Part shown: one piece after another, positions 1 through 10,528 of the stretch
How the letters are laid out: each line of letters opens with the position of its first letter
Position numbering within the stretch: position 1 is the stretch's first letter
Position numbers and translations under genes: made by a program
Source: an uncultured Candidatus Saccharibacteria bacterium
Lineage (GTDB): Bacteria; Patescibacteriota; Minisyncoccia; Phycocordibacterales; GWA1-40-21
NCBI GenBank assembly: GCA_964613715.1
Contig: CAZTJK010000003.1
Span: 7,322 to 71,321 of the forward strand
Length of the DNA: 64,000 nucleotides
Reading direction: 5' to 3'
Notes under the pieces: generated by a model
The model's input: only the letters and a program-made list of their open reading frames with translations
The model's database searches: none
Told to the model about the DNA's origin: nothing

Positions 1-27
1 TTTTTTACTGCGGCCACTGCCGGATGC

Positions 28-1470
28 ATGTCGGCGATTTTTATTGCTTCATTTTTTCATTTCGGATTTTCTTTTTTTCTTTTGATTGCGCTCTGTGCCA
101 TTGCCTGCGGTTTTTACCGTAAATTTTTCGCGCGTAGTGCGGCATCGCGTCATATTCTTCTCTGTCTTGCCATATTTCTCGCAGCTTTTTCTCTCGGCAC
201 ACTGTGCGCGGATATCAAGCACGCACATCCCGAGGCCGCTGTATTGTCCGACGTCATCGGTGCCCCTGTTTCATTTTCCGGCGTGATCGTCAGAGAACCC
301 CGGCAGACCGATTCGCGCACGCAGTCTGTCGTACATATCAGCAGCATGAATATCGGCAGCTCGACGAAAACCGTTTCTGCCAAGATACTCGTTGGCAGTG
401 GACTGTATCCGGAGCTTGCATACGGTGATTTCGTCTCGGTACACGGCACGCTCGAGCGGCCGAAGAATTTTTCCTCATTCGATTATCGGAGCTATCTGGC
501 CAAAGACGATATTGTGTACCAGGTCGATTTCGCGAGCGTTGCGATCGTCTCGCACGGAAACGGCAACCGCTTCATGCAATTCCTTTTTTCCATCAAGAAT
601 GCATTTCTCGACCGCCTGCGCCGTACGATCCATGAACCGGAGGCGGGACTTGCCTCCGGCATACTGCTCGGCACTGACAATGCGCTCGATGCGAGCACGA
701 CGGCCGCATTCCGCAGCGCCGGGCTGTCGCATATTGTCGCATTGTCGGGCTACAATATCACGATCGTCGCAAGTGCTATCGCAAGACTCTTTTCCTTTCT
801 GCCGAAAATTTATACTCTATCTCTCGGCGCTCTCGGTATCGTGCTCTTCGTGCTCATGTCGGGATCGTCTGCGACGGCGCTGCGTGCCGGCATCATGGCA
901 CTTGTCGTCATCCTTGCGCAGGCGTCCGGCAGGAAATACCAGATCGGCCGAGCACTTCTTTTTGCCGCGCTCGTCATGGTGCTGGCTAATCCTGACATTC
1001 TTGTTTTTGACCTATCCTTTCAGCTTTCATTTCTCGCTACGGTTGCCATCGTCTATATTGCGCCGATTCTCGAACGGAGCATGGTATTTCTGCCCGTGCG
1101 ATTCGGCATCCGCAATACTGTCGCCTCGACGCTTGCCGCAGAGCTTTTGGTGACTCCGCTTGTGCTCCACAGCATGGGCATGCTGTCGCTTGTCGCGGTC
1201 CTCGCGAATCTGTTCGTGTTGTTCCTCATTCCGGCTGTCATGCTTGCGAGCTTTTGTACTGGTCTCCTCGGTCTTTTGTGGCTGCCGCTCTCATTGCCAT
1301 TCGCGTGGATAGCATATGCATTGCTTGCCTATATTATTGCTGTCGTGGCCATATTTGCCCAGCTACCTTTTTCATCCATATCGATCACTTGGTTCTCATC
1401 AATGCTGATGATTCTTTCCTATGCATGTATCGGCGTATGGTTCTTTTCTCAAAAACATGAACATGCATAA
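28..1470 (+). CDS. comEC: ComEC/Rec2 competence membrane protein (DUF4131/OB + Competence domain)
   Basis: GLSHIVALSGYNI, SSATALRAGIM and DLSFQLSFLAT motifs; many TM segments; true start may lie upstream of the window. Confidence 0.92.
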   Translation: MSAIFIASFFHFGFSFFLLIALCAIACGFYRKFFARSAASRHILLCLAIFLAAFSLGTLCADIKHAHPEAAVLSDVIGAPVSFSGVIVREPRQTDSRTQSVVHISSMNIGSSTKTVSAKILVGSGLYPELAYGDFVSVHGTLERPKNFSSFDYRSYLAKDDIVYQVDFASVAIVSHGNGNRFMQFLFSIKNAFLDRLRRTIHEPEAGLASGILLGTDNALDASTTAAFRSAGLSHIVALSGYNITIVASAIARLFSFLPKIYTLSLGALGIVLFVLMSGSSATALRAGIMALVVILAQASGRKYQIGRALLFAALVMVLANPDILVFDLSFQLSFLATVAIVYIAPILERSMVFLPVRFGIRNTVASTLAAELLVTPLVLHSMGMLSLVAVLANLFVLFLIPAVMLASFCTGLLGLLWLPLSLPFAWIAYALLAYIIAVVAIFAQLPFSSISITWFSSMLMILSYACIGVWFFSQKHEHA

Positions 1471-2263
1471 GCGATACATCACCTTTGCGATCCTTGCCTG
1501 CCTCTTTATCATTGCGCTTTTTGTCGCGTATGCTGTCTTTCGCGAAAGCGACCGAATGCTTCGCCTGACATTTTTACATGCGGGCGCGGGCGATGCGGTG
1601 CTCGTGCGCTCGCCGTCCGGGAACTATATACTGATCAATGCCGGAGCCGATGCATCCATTCTTCGCGCGCTCGGCCGCGCCCTGCCGTTTTATGTGCATA
1701 CGCTCGATCTTGTGATCACGACCGATCATGCAATTGGCCATATCGGTGGGCTGCCGAAAGTGCTCGATGCTTACGCCGTCAAACGGTATGTATCTCTTGG
1801 TAGTGCAGGAGATACTGTATCGCAAAGAGCAGCGCAGGAAATCATTGCAGCGAATCATATTGCTTCGGATACGCTGTATGAAGGTGACTCAATCAATCTT
1901 GGCGGCGGAGCCCGGCTTTCCGCGCTTTTTGTTGCCATGCAGGTACGGGCGCATGAGCAGTCGGTTGTGCAGCTTGCGTACGGGAAAACGCATGCCGCAT
2001 TTATTTCTGGACACATCGATCAATCTGCCATTCTCCGGCTGGGAATTCGGCTGCGAAGCGACATTGCTGACCTCAATACAATCGCAGTATTTTCTCCAGA
2101 GCTTTTTTCAGCGATCGCTCCGGCATATGTGATTGCACCATCGGGGACGAATTTTAATGCTTCAACCACGGATTTTTTCTCAACGCTCAAGACAGCCGTA
2201 ATCTCCACTGCTTCCGGCGAAGCGTCATTTTCCTCGGATGGAGAGGAATTTCAAGCCTTATAA
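1457..2263 (+). CDS. Stand-alone ComEC-type metallo-beta-lactamase-fold protein with degenerate metal-binding motifs
   Basis: LTFLHAGAGDAVLV / ILINAG / TDHAIGHIGG correspond to DVGQGDA / LIDGG / THPHADHIGG; overlaps the comEC stop; N-terminal TM. Confidence 0.75.
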   Translation: MNMHKRYITFAILACLFIIALFVAYAVFRESDRMLRLTFLHAGAGDAVLVRSPSGNYILINAGADASILRALGRALPFYVHTLDLVITTDHAIGHIGGLPKVLDAYAVKRYVSLGSAGDTVSQRAAQEIIAANHIASDTLYEGDSINLGGGARLSALFVAMQVRAHEQSVVQLAYGKTHAAFISGHIDQSAILRLGIRLRSDIADLNTIAVFSPELFSAIAPAYVIAPSGTNFNASTTDFFSTLKTAVISTASGEASFSSDGEEFQAL

Positions 2264-2374
2264 TCAAACACATTTTCGTGTCCACAGCCACTGTTGTCTT
2301 TTTGAGGCTCTGGTATATAATTTTCCTTACAAACTCTTACGAGTGTATTTATTAGTTAATTATAGATAATCACA

Positions 2375-2782
2375 ATGGATGAAATGAAAAACAAAGGTGC
2401 AGGATCGGTCTTTCTCGGTCTTGTCATCGGCGTCATTATCGGCGTTGGCGGCCTGTGGACGTGGAATCACTTCTACGGCGGCTCGTCGCAGTCAGCGGTG
2501 ACCCAGGCGAACCAGGCCCAGGTCAAAGACCTGATCGCGAAGGTCGGAAAGCTCGTTATCTTGCCGACAGGCGAAGAGCCGGTCGTCGCAACGATCAACG
2601 ATGCCGCATCGCTCATCAAGCAGCAGGCATTCTACACGGGCGCGATCAATGGCGATGCTGTCCTTGTCTATCAGAAGGCGGCAAAGGCATTTGTCTATTC
2701 TCCGTCACGCAATATCGTCGTGAACGTCGGTCCAGTCTTCTTGCAGAATCAGCAGGCAGCAGCGACTTCCACGAAGAAATAA
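2375..2782 (+). CDS. Hypothetical single-TM membrane protein
   Basis: 135-aa ORF with N-terminal hydrophobic helix, host-like codon usage, terminator downstream. Confidence 0.75.
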   Translation: MDEMKNKGAGSVFLGLVIGVIIGVGGLWTWNHFYGGSSQSAVTQANQAQVKDLIAKVGKLVILPTGEEPVVATINDAASLIKQQAFYTGAINGDAVLVYQKAAKAFVYSPSRNIVVNVGPVFLQNQQAAATSTKK

Positions 2783-2800
2783 ACCCTGAACGCAGGGAAA

Positions 2801-2836
2801 ACAAAAAGCCGGCTCGCTATGTGAGCCGGCTTTTTG
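2801..2836. terminator. Bidirectional intrinsic terminator
   Basis: AAAAAGCCGGCTC-gctatgt-GAGCCGGCTTTTT between convergent genes. Confidence 0.8.
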
Positions 2837-2850
2837 TTTGTATTATTTTT

Positions 2851-3093
2851 TTAGATAATGCCCGCCTTGTGGAGGGTGGCGTATGCACCGTTCTTTTGGA
2901 TGGTCTTGATAGCGCGGGTGGAGAGCGTGAGCACGAAGGTTTTCTTCAATTCCGGGACATATACGCGCTTTTTCTGGAGATTGACGTATTTGCGGATCTT
3001 GCCGGTAGGGTTAAATTGCGTGGCGCGGGTTCTGTTCGAGTAGCCGCCTCCCATGATTGATCGCTTATTGGTGATTGCGCATGCTTTTGCCAT
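2851..3093 (-). CDS. rpmB: 50S ribosomal protein bL28
   Basis: MAKACAITNK...YVNLQKKRVYVPE...LSTRAIKTI is typical of L28. Confidence 0.93.
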   Translation of the reverse strand: MAKACAITNKRSIMGGGYSNRTRATQFNPTGKIRKYVNLQKKRVYVPELKKTFVLTLSTRAIKTIQKNGAYATLHKAGII

Positions 3094-3141
3094 AGGTCTC
3101 GTATGCTATCATAGACGAAGCAGGAAGGCAACAGAAATCAT

Positions 3142-3744
3142 ATGATCATCATTTTCCAGATCCTCATCCTCATCTTTTCAGTCATGATACATGAAGTCTC
3201 CCATGGCCTTATGGCTCTTTCCTTCGGCGATCATACGGCGGAATACGAGGGAAGATTGACGCTGAATCCCGCAAAGCACATCGACATATTCGGCTCTATC
3301 ATCCTGCCATTTCTGCTGTTTATTACGGGCGCCGGCTTCATGATCGGCTGGGCAAAGCCGGTGCCATACAATGTCTATAATCTCCGCAATCGCACTATCG
3401 CCGAGCCGCTTGTCGCGCTTGCCGGCCCGCTGTCCAATCTCCTTATTGCTCTTTTCTTCGGCTTATTCATTCGTTTCATTACCCCGTCGGGAGCATTGCT
3501 CGAGATTGCAACCATCATCGTCATACTGAATATCAGCCTTGCCGTATTTAACCTCATCCCGATACCGCCGCTTGATGGTTCCAAGGTGCTTTTTTCGATA
3601 TTGCCTATCGGTGGCCGCTTCGTTTTTTCGCAATTTGCCGAAACATACGGCCTCTTGATCCTCATTCTGCTTGTCGGCTTTCTGCCGCGCCTCGTCATGC
3701 CGATTGTCAGTTTTCTCTTCAAGCTGATAACTGGACTTTCCTGA
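3142..3744 (+). CDS. Site-2 protease family (M50) membrane metallopeptidase
   Basis: HEVSH zinc motif and FNLIPIPPLDG motif. Confidence 0.92.
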   Translation: MIIIFQILILIFSVMIHEVSHGLMALSFGDHTAEYEGRLTLNPAKHIDIFGSIILPFLLFITGAGFMIGWAKPVPYNVYNLRNRTIAEPLVALAGPLSNLLIALFFGLFIRFITPSGALLEIATIIVILNISLAVFNLIPIPPLDGSKVLFSILPIGGRFVFSQFAETYGLLILILLVGFLPRLVMPIVSFLFKLITGLS

Positions 3745-3940
3745 GCTGGTGGATTGTCTTGCTATTTTCAACCGTTTGTATTATTATCGCTCTGACATTA
3801 GCTACTGGCTGTACGCAGTGTTCCTCCGCTTCCGGCGGATGAGTTCCAGAAGGAAAGAGTTGCGGGAATGTTCCACCCAAAATCACGGGACGTTTCTGTG
3901 ATTTTTTTGTTTTCATTTATCAAAGATAGTTTTATTCGAT

Positions 3941-4360
3941 ATGCCAACCATCAATCAGCTGATCAAACGAAATCGAAAGACGGCAAAGCGCAAGCCGAAG
4001 TCGGTAGCGCTCATGCGCGGTTTCAACACGCTTGAAAACCGCCCGACATACTTGAACTCTCCGTTCAAGCGCGGCGTCTGCATCAAAGTGACGACGAAGA
4101 CCCCGAAGAAGCCGAACTCCGCTATCCGCAAGATCGCGAGGGTGCGCCTTTCGAATGGCATGGAAGTCACCGCCTATATCCCGGGCATGGGCCATACGCT
4201 CCAGGAGCACTCGGTGGTATTGCTTCGCGGCGGCCGTGTGAAAGACGTCGGCCTTCGCTATCAGATCGTCCGCGGCGTCCTTGATGCGACGGGCGTGGAA
4301 GGTCGCAGAAAAGATAGAAGCTCGTACGGCGCGAAAAAGCCGAAAGCAGCCGGTAAGTAA
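3941..4360 (+). CDS. rpsL: 30S ribosomal protein uS12
   Basis: MPTINQL...[11 protein letters not shown]...[13 protein letters not shown]. Confidence 0.98.
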   Translation: MPTINQLIKRNRKTAKRKPKSVALMRGFNTLENRPTYLNSPFKRGVCIKVTTKTPKKPNSAIRKIARVRLSNGMEVTAYIPGMGHTLQEHSVVLLRGGRVKDVGLRYQIVRGVLDATGVEGRRKDRSSYGAKKPKAAGK

Positions 4361-4379
4361 TTTTCCCCTCTCAAATCCT

Positions 4380-4850
4380 ATGCGCAGAAAACTCAAAACA
4401 AAGCAACCGCTGAAGCCAGACTACAAATATCAGTCGGAAAAGATCGCGAAGCTCGTCAACTACGTCATGTATGACGGCAAGAAGTCCGTCGCAGAACGCG
4501 CCGTCTATGACATGCTCGAACTCATCAAGGAAAAAGCCAAAGTGAAGAATCCTGTCGAGGTCGTGGAATTGGCATTGTCCAATACCGCGCCGAATATGGA
4601 AGTCCGCTCCAAGCGTGTCGGCGGCGCCAATTACCAGGTGCCGATGGAAGTTCGCCCGGCTCGTCGATCCGCACTCTCCATGAAATGGATCGTCGAAGCA
4701 GCTCGCTCGAAAAAGGGTGCAGCGATTGCGGAAAAACTCTCAAACGAAATCATCGCAGCCTCGAAGAACGAAGGTGAAGCAGTGAAGAAGAAGGAGAACG
4801 TGCACAAGATGGCAGAGGCGAACAAGGCCTTCGCCCATTTCGCCTGGTAA
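4380..4850 (+). CDS. rpsG: 30S ribosomal protein uS7
   Basis: MYDGKKS, RVGGANYQVP, HKMAEANKAFAHF; start set to the ATG at 4380. Confidence 0.97.
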   Translation: MRRKLKTKQPLKPDYKYQSEKIAKLVNYVMYDGKKSVAERAVYDMLELIKEKAKVKNPVEVVELALSNTAPNMEVRSKRVGGANYQVPMEVRPARRSALSMKWIVEAARSKKGAAIAEKLSNEIIAASKNEGEAVKKKENVHKMAEANKAFAHFAW

Positions 4851-4975
4851 TTTTTCTTCAAATTTTCGCGCCTCGCTTCGTTGCCGAAAAAATTTCCTCC
4901 CGCGCAGTACTCCGGTACAGCTTGGTCGCAAATTTTTTCGGCGCCTGGCGATCCATCGAAAATTTTTTGAAAAAT
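4851..4975. repeat. Long imperfect palindromic (REP/MITE-like) intergenic element
   Basis: AAATTTTCG...CGAAAATTT outer arms and GCCGAAAAA...TTTTTCGGC inner arms around a CAGTACTCCGGTAC loop. Confidence 0.6.
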
Positions 4976-5009
4976 AGCAACATTACAACGTACAAGCTAT
5001 AATCACATT

Positions 5010-7175
5010 ATGAAACGAGATTATCCATTAGAAAAAGTACGCAATTTCGGTATTATCGCCCATATCGACGCAGGCAAGACGACGGTGTCGGAGCGCATTC
5101 TCTTCTATACCGGTTCGCAGCATAAGATCGGCGAAGTGCATGAAGGTGCGACGACGACCGACTGGATGGAACAGGAACGCGAGCGCGGCATTACGATCAC
5201 GTCGGCTGCCATCACCTGCTTCTGGAACCCGTCGTACATGCCGAAGGAGGACATTTCGAAAAAAGTCCGATTCAATATCATCGACACGCCGGGACACATC
5301 GACTTCACCGCAGAGGTGAAGCGCTCTCTTCGCGTGCTCGACGGCGCAGTCGTCGTGTTCGACGGCGTTGCCGGCGTGGAACCGCAGTCCGAGACCAACT
5401 GGCGCTATGCCGATGAAGGCAAAGTGCCGCGCATCTGTCTGATTAATAAATTGGACCGCACGGGCGGCTCATTCGAGCGCTCGTACCAGTCCATTCTCGA
5501 ACGCTTGACCAAAAATGCAGTAAGAATGCAATTGCCGATCGGCGCAGAATCCGATTTCAAGGGTCTCGTCGACCTGATGAAGATGAAAGCGTATTACTTC
5601 GAAGGCTCGATGGGCGAGAAAATCGTCGAGGGGGAAATTCCTGCCGAGATGATGGATGATGCAAAGAAATACCGCATCGAGCTCGTGGAGAAGATTGCCG
5701 GTGAGGATGAGAAGCTCATGACTGAATACCTCGAAGGCAAGGAGATTCCGCTCGCTGATTTGAAAGCAGCGCTCCGCAAGGCGACGATCGCAAACACCAT
5801 CGTACCGGTCTTTACCGGTTCTGCACTCAAGAACAAGGGCGTGCAGCTTACACTCGACGCCGTTGTCGACTATCTGCCATCTCCGCTCGATATTCCTCCA
5901 GTCAAAGGCGTGAACCCGAAGAATGGGGAAGAAATCGTCCGCCATGCATCCGATGCCGAGCCGTTCTGCGCCCTTGCATTCAAGCTCCAGAATGACCCGT
6001 TCGTAGGCCAGCTGACGTACTTCCGCGTATACTCAGGCAGCATCAGTGCCGGTACGTATATTTATAATTCAACGACGGGCGACCGTGAGCGCCTTGGCCG
6101 CATCGTGCGCATGCACGCAAACGATCGCGAAGACGTGGAAACCGTCTTTGCCGGAGAAATCGCGGCAGCCGTAGGACTCAAGAGCGCGAAGACCTCGCAT
6201 ACCTTCTGTGATGAAGCGAATCCGATCATTCTCGACCAGATCGTCTTCCCAGAGCCGGTCATTTCGCTCAGAATCGAGCCGAAGACGAAGGCTGACCAGG
6301 AAAAGATGGGCCTCGCGCTCAAGAAATTGTCCGACGAGGATCCGACATTCAAGATTAAGTCTGATTCTGAGACTGGCGAGACCGTCATGATGGGTATGGG
6401 CGAACTCCATTTGGAAATTCTCGTCGATCGCATGAAGCGCGAATTCAATGTGGAAGCGAATATCGGCAAGCCACAGGTCGCTTACAAGGAAACCATTACG
6501 GGCGAAGCAGAGAAGGAAGAGAAATACATCAAACAGACAGGCGGCAAGGGCCAATACGGCCATGTGCTCATCAAGATCAAGCCAATGGAGAAGCTTGAAG
6601 AGGGAGCCAAGATCCCGAAGAACGTCAAGCGCTACGACGAGTTCGAGTTCATCGACTCGATCAAGGGCGGCGTCATCCCGCAGGAATTCATCCCAGCCGT
6701 TGAAAAGGGCGTTCGCGAAGCAATGGAGCGCGGTATTGTTGCCGGCTACAAGATGGTGAATGTCTCGTGCGAACTGACATTCGGTTCCTATCACGATGTC
6801 GACTCGTCGGAAATTGCCTACAAGATCGCCGCGTCCCAGGCATTTCAGGATGCTGCGAAGCGCGCGCGGCCGGTCATTCTCGAGCCGATCATGAAAGTGG
6901 AAGTCGTCACCCCGGAGAAATTCATGGGCGATGTGTCAGGATCAATCAATTCACGCCGCGGACAGATCACGGAAATGTTTGATCGCGGTATGAACAAGGT
7001 CATCCGCGCGAACGTACCGCTCGCCGAAATGTTCGGCTACGTCACGACACTCCGCTCGATTTCCGAGGGTCGCGCATCATCAACCATGGAATTCGGCCAG
7101 TACGAGATCGTGCCGCCGAATGTGGCCAAATCGATCATCGAGGCTCGCGGGGTTACCTCCCAGCGCGTTTCGTAA
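5010..7175 (+). CDS. fusA: Elongation factor G
   Basis: [25 protein letters not shown]-motifs; [12 protein letters not shown]; YHDVDSSE. Confidence 0.98.
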   Translation: MKRDYPLEKVRNFGIIAHIDAGKTTVSERILFYTGSQHKIGEVHEGATTTDWMEQERERGITITSAAITCFWNPSYMPKEDISKKVRFNIIDTPGHIDFTAEVKRSLRVLDGAVVVFDGVAGVEPQSETNWRYADEGKVPRICLINKLDRTGGSFERSYQSILERLTKNAVRMQLPIGAESDFKGLVDLMKMKAYYFEGSMGEKIVEGEIPAEMMDDAKKYRIELVEKIAGEDEKLMTEYLEGKEIPLADLKAALRKATIANTIVPVFTGSALKNKGVQLTLDAVVDYLPSPLDIPPVKGVNPKNGEEIVRHASDAEPFCALAFKLQNDPFVGQLTYFRVYSGSISAGTYIYNSTTGDRERLGRIVRMHANDREDVETVFAGEIAAAVGLKSAKTSHTFCDEANPIILDQIVFPEPVISLRIEPKTKADQEKMGLALKKLSDEDPTFKIKSDSETGETVMMGMGELHLEILVDRMKREFNVEANIGKPQVAYKETITGEAEKEEKYIKQTGGKGQYGHVLIKIKPMEKLEEGAKIPKNVKRYDEFEFIDSIKGGVIPQEFIPAVEKGVREAMERGIVAGYKMVNVSCELTFGSYHDVDSSEIAYKIAASQAFQDAAKRARPVILEPIMKVEVVTPEKFMGDVSGSINSRRGQITEMFDRGMNKVIRANVPLAEMFGYVTTLRSISEGRASSTMEFGQYEIVPPNVAKSIIEARGVTSQRVS

Positions 7176-7190
7176 GAGACGCTCAATGCA

Positions 7191-7229
7191 GAAAACAGCC
7201 GGCCGCACAAAGCGCGGCCGGCTGTTTTC
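7191..7229 (+). terminator. Intrinsic terminator after fusA
   Basis: GAAAACAGCCGGCCGC-acaaagc-GCGGCCGGCTGTTTTC. Confidence 0.75.
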
Positions 7230-7235
7230 ATTATT

Positions 7236-7263
7236 TGACGTTTCCAACCTCATTTGCTACTAT
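7236..7263 (+). promoter_or_regulatory. Sigma70-type promoter for tuf
   Basis: TTGACG then TGCTACTAT (extended -10). Confidence 0.6.
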
Positions 7264-7444
7264 AGCGAAACGCACTGCGCTTTTTTCTTTTGTCCGGTTT
7301 TGGGCAAAAGTAGCGCAACGTTGCAAGTCGTAATTTACAAGTTTCCCAGTCCGCCCATGCGGCGAATGATGGGAGTAATCATATCTATTGGTTTTCGAGG
7401 CAGAGCCAATCTCGCGCGCTCCGCTTCAAAAATCAAAAAAACAT

Positions 7445-8647
7445 ATGGCAGAATTTTTGAGAGACAAACCGCACGTAAACGTCGGCACCATCGGTCACAT
7501 TGACCACGGCAAGACGACCCTTACCGCGGCTATTACCCATGTCCAGTCTTTGAAGGGCCTGGCAAATCAGATCGCCTACGATCAGGTCGCGAAAGCCTCC
7601 GAATCAGCAGGCCGCCGCGACGCATCGAAGATCATCACGATCGCGATCTCGCACGTTGAATACTCGTCAGACACGAGACACTATGCGCATGTGGACTGCC
7701 CAGGACACGCTGACTATGTGAAGAACATGATCACGGGTGCCGCCCAGATGGACGGTGCTATCCTCGTGGTATCCGCAGTCGACGGCCCGATGCCGCAGAC
7801 CCGCGAACACATCCTGCTTGCAAAGCAGGTTGGTGTGCCGAAGATCGTCGTCTTCCTCAACAAGTGCGATCTCGTCACCGATAAGGACCTTCTCGACCTC
7901 GTCGAGTCGGAAATCCGCGACCTTTTGACCAAGTATGGCTTTGACGGTGCAAATGCTCCGATCATCCGCGGTTCGGCAACCGGCGCTCTTGCAGCGACCA
8001 AGGCCGATGATGCGGGTGCAGCTTGCATCACTGAGCTTATGAAGGCGCTCGACACCTATATCCCGCTTCCAACACGCGATATCGACAAGCCATTCCTCAT
8101 GCCGATCGAAGACATCTTCTCCATTGAAGGTCGTGGCACCGTGGTTACGGGCAGAATCGAGCGTGGTCAGGTGAAAGTCGGTGAGGAAGTTGAAATCGTA
8201 GGTATCAAGCCGACGACAAAGACGACCATTACCGGTATCGAAATGTTCAACAAGCAGCTCCAGAGCGGCATGGCCGGCGACAATGCAGGCGTGCTCCTCC
8301 GCGGCACCAAGAAAGAGGATGTGCACCGCGGCCAGGTTCTTGCCAAGGCAGGAACGGTCACCCCGCACACCGAATTCGAGGCAGAAGTCTATGTCTTGAA
8401 GAAAGAAGAAGGAGGCCGCCATACGCCATTCTTCTCCGGCTACAAGCCGCAGTTCTACATGAGAACGACTGACGTTACTGGCGACGTGACCCTCGCATCA
8501 GGCGTGGAAATGGTCATGCCAGGCGACACCGTGACCTTCAAGGTCAAGCTCGTCGCTCCGGTCGCTCTTGAAGAGAAGATGCGCTTCGCATTCCGCGAAG
8601 GCGGCAAGACTGTCGGTTCCGGCGTTATCACGAAAGTCATCGCCTAA
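7445..8647 (+). CDS. tuf: Elongation factor Tu
   Basis: [31 protein letters not shown]; start set to the ATG at 7445. Confidence 0.98.
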   Translation: MAEFLRDKPHVNVGTIGHIDHGKTTLTAAITHVQSLKGLANQIAYDQVAKASESAGRRDASKIITIAISHVEYSSDTRHYAHVDCPGHADYVKNMITGAAQMDGAILVVSAVDGPMPQTREHILLAKQVGVPKIVVFLNKCDLVTDKDLLDLVESEIRDLLTKYGFDGANAPIIRGSATGALAATKADDAGAACITELMKALDTYIPLPTRDIDKPFLMPIEDIFSIEGRGTVVTGRIERGQVKVGEEVEIVGIKPTTKTTITGIEMFNKQLQSGMAGDNAGVLLRGTKKEDVHRGQVLAKAGTVTPHTEFEAEVYVLKKEEGGRHTPFFSGYKPQFYMRTTDVTGDVTLASGVEMVMPGDTVTFKVKLVAPVALEEKMRFAFREGGKTVGSGVITKVIA

Positions 8648-8682
8648 CCGACCGGGTGCTTGCACCCACCACAGAGCTCTTT

Positions 8683-9078
8683 ATGGAAAAAACAGCAGCA
8701 AAAAAGAATACAGCAAAGACCGCTGCGGCATCCAAAGTAAAAATGCCGAAAATGCCGGCAAAAGCCGACGCAACTTCGATCTTGCGCATCCGCGTCCGCG
8801 CGTATGATTCCAAGATCCTTGATGCGTCTGTAAAGCAGATCATTGAAACAGCGCTCCGCCACGACGCACAAGTCGTTGGTCCGGTGCCGCTTCCGACGGA
8901 AATCAAGAAATATACGGTCAACCGTGCGTCATTCGTCTACAAAAATGCGCGAGAGCAGTTTGAGATGAGGATACACCGCCGCTTGATCGATATTGTGAAT
9001 CCTTCGGCCAAAGTGATCGAGGCGCTCACCAACATGAGCTTGCCGTCCGGCGTGAACATTGATGTGAAGATGAACTAA
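8683..9078 (+). CDS. rpsJ: 30S ribosomal protein uS10 with Ala/Lys-rich N-terminal extension
   Basis: LRIRVRAYD...GPVPLPT...REQFEMRIHRRLIDI. Confidence 0.96.
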   Translation: MEKTAAKKNTAKTAAASKVKMPKMPAKADATSILRIRVRAYDSKILDASVKQIIETALRHDAQVVGPVPLPTEIKKYTVNRASFVYKNAREQFEMRIHRRLIDIVNPSAKVIEALTNMSLPSGVNIDVKMN

Positions 9079-9150
9079 GTGCGTATACCAGGGGCATGAT
9101 CCCGCACGCAAGAGCCTTGCGCGCGGGATCCTCTGCCATTAACGAAATCT

Positions 9151-9756
9151 ATGAAATTTACACTCGGGACAAAACAGAATATGACCCAGATCTTCGACGA
9201 GAACGGCACCGTCCACCCGGTGACCATCCTTGCCGCAGGACCTTTGACCGTCACCCAGGTCAAGACAAAAGATACCGACGGCTATGATGCCGTACAGGTC
9301 GCGTTCGGCATGCGCAAGGAGAAGAATATCTCCAAGGCAGTGCTCGGGCATCTGAAAGGCGTGCATGCGCGATTCATAAAGGAATTCCACACGGCGGATA
9401 CGTCGAAATTCAAAGTCGGCGATACGATTGACCTGTCTTCATTCACGATCGGCGACACGATCGAAGTGTCTGCCATCTCGAAAGGCAAGGGACATCAGTC
9501 GGTCATCAAGCGCCACGGTTTCCATGGCCAGCCACGAAGCCACGGCCAGAAGCATTCGGAAAACGCGCCGGGTTCCATCGGCGGCGGCTTGCGCAACAAG
9601 GTGCCGAAAGGCATGCGCATGGCTGGCCGCATGGGCGGGGAGCGCGTAACCGTGAAGAATTTGAAAGTCCTTGGCGTCGACAAGGAAGCGAATCAGATCC
9701 TCGTCGGCGGCGCAGTGCCGGGACGACGGGGAACGCTTGTCGAAGTGCGCGGCTAA
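9151..9756 (+). CDS. rplC: 50S ribosomal protein uL3
   Basis: GTKQNMTQIF, SKGKG, PGSIG, KGMRMAGRMG. Confidence 0.97.
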   Translation: MKFTLGTKQNMTQIFDENGTVHPVTILAAGPLTVTQVKTKDTDGYDAVQVAFGMRKEKNISKAVLGHLKGVHARFIKEFHTADTSKFKVGDTIDLSSFTIGDTIEVSAISKGKGHQSVIKRHGFHGQPRSHGQKHSENAPGSIGGGLRNKVPKGMRMAGRMGGERVTVKNLKVLGVDKEANQILVGGAVPGRRGTLVEVRG

Positions 9757-9767
9757 CCCTTACTACC

Positions 9768-10523
9768 ATGGAAAAAACTATGAAAAAAACAGAAACAGCG
9801 TCGGTGAAAAAGGTGAAAGCAGCGCCAAAGAAAGCGGCAGCAACATCAGCATCCGAAGCGCCGGTCTATAACCAGAGCGGCAAAGAAGTCGGCACCGTCA
9901 AATTGCCGGCAGCAGTGTTTGGCTTGTCATGGAATGCAGACTTGGTCCACCAGGTCGTCTATTCCATGCTCTCCGACCGACGCGTCACCTACGCGCATAC
10001 CAAAGGCCGCGGCGAAGTCCGCGGCGGCGGCAAGAAGCCCTGGAAGCAGAAAGGCACCGGCCGAGCACGCCACGGTTCTACCCGTTCGCCGATCTGGGTC
10101 GGCGGCGGCGTTGCGCATGGTCCGAATAATCTGAAAAATTATGAGCGCAAGATCAACAAGAAGATGAAGATCAAGGCGCTCTATACGATCCTTTCGAAGA
10201 AATTGAAGGATGGCGAAGTGCTCTTTGTCGATGCGCTTTCGATCGCAAAGCCGAAGACCGTAGACGCGCTTGCGATCCTTACCTCGCTTTCGAAGGTCAA
10301 GACCGCTTCCGATATTCTTTCGAAGAAAAAGAATAGCGCACTCATTGCGACCGCAGCAAAGAGCCCGGTCGTCGAAATGAGCTTTGCCAATATCGGCAAC
10401 GTCAAAGTCGACGAGCTTCGCAATATCAATCCGGTCGACCTCATGAATCTCAAATACGTCGTCATTGAGAATCCGGCCGAATCGGTGAAATTTATCGAGT
10501 CTAAGATGGCAAAGGCCAAATAA
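9768..10523 (+). CDS. rplD: 50S ribosomal protein uL4 with Ala/Lys-rich N-terminal extension
   Basis: [27 protein letters not shown]. Confidence 0.97.
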   Translation: MEKTMKKTETASVKKVKAAPKKAAATSASEAPVYNQSGKEVGTVKLPAAVFGLSWNADLVHQVVYSMLSDRRVTYAHTKGRGEVRGGGKKPWKQKGTGRARHGSTRSPIWVGGGVAHGPNNLKNYERKINKKMKIKALYTILSKKLKDGEVLFVDALSIAKPKTVDALAILTSLSKVKTASDILSKKKNSALIATAAKSPVVEMSFANIGNVKVDELRNINPVDLMNLKYVVIENPAESVKFIESKMAKAK

Positions 10524-10528
10524 ATCCC

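Noticed and set aside
7667-8422. Long antisense ORFs opposite tuf (also opposite ftsH, recG, pilB, pilT, prfB)
   Set aside because: Shadow frames caused by the codon bias of strongly conserved genes
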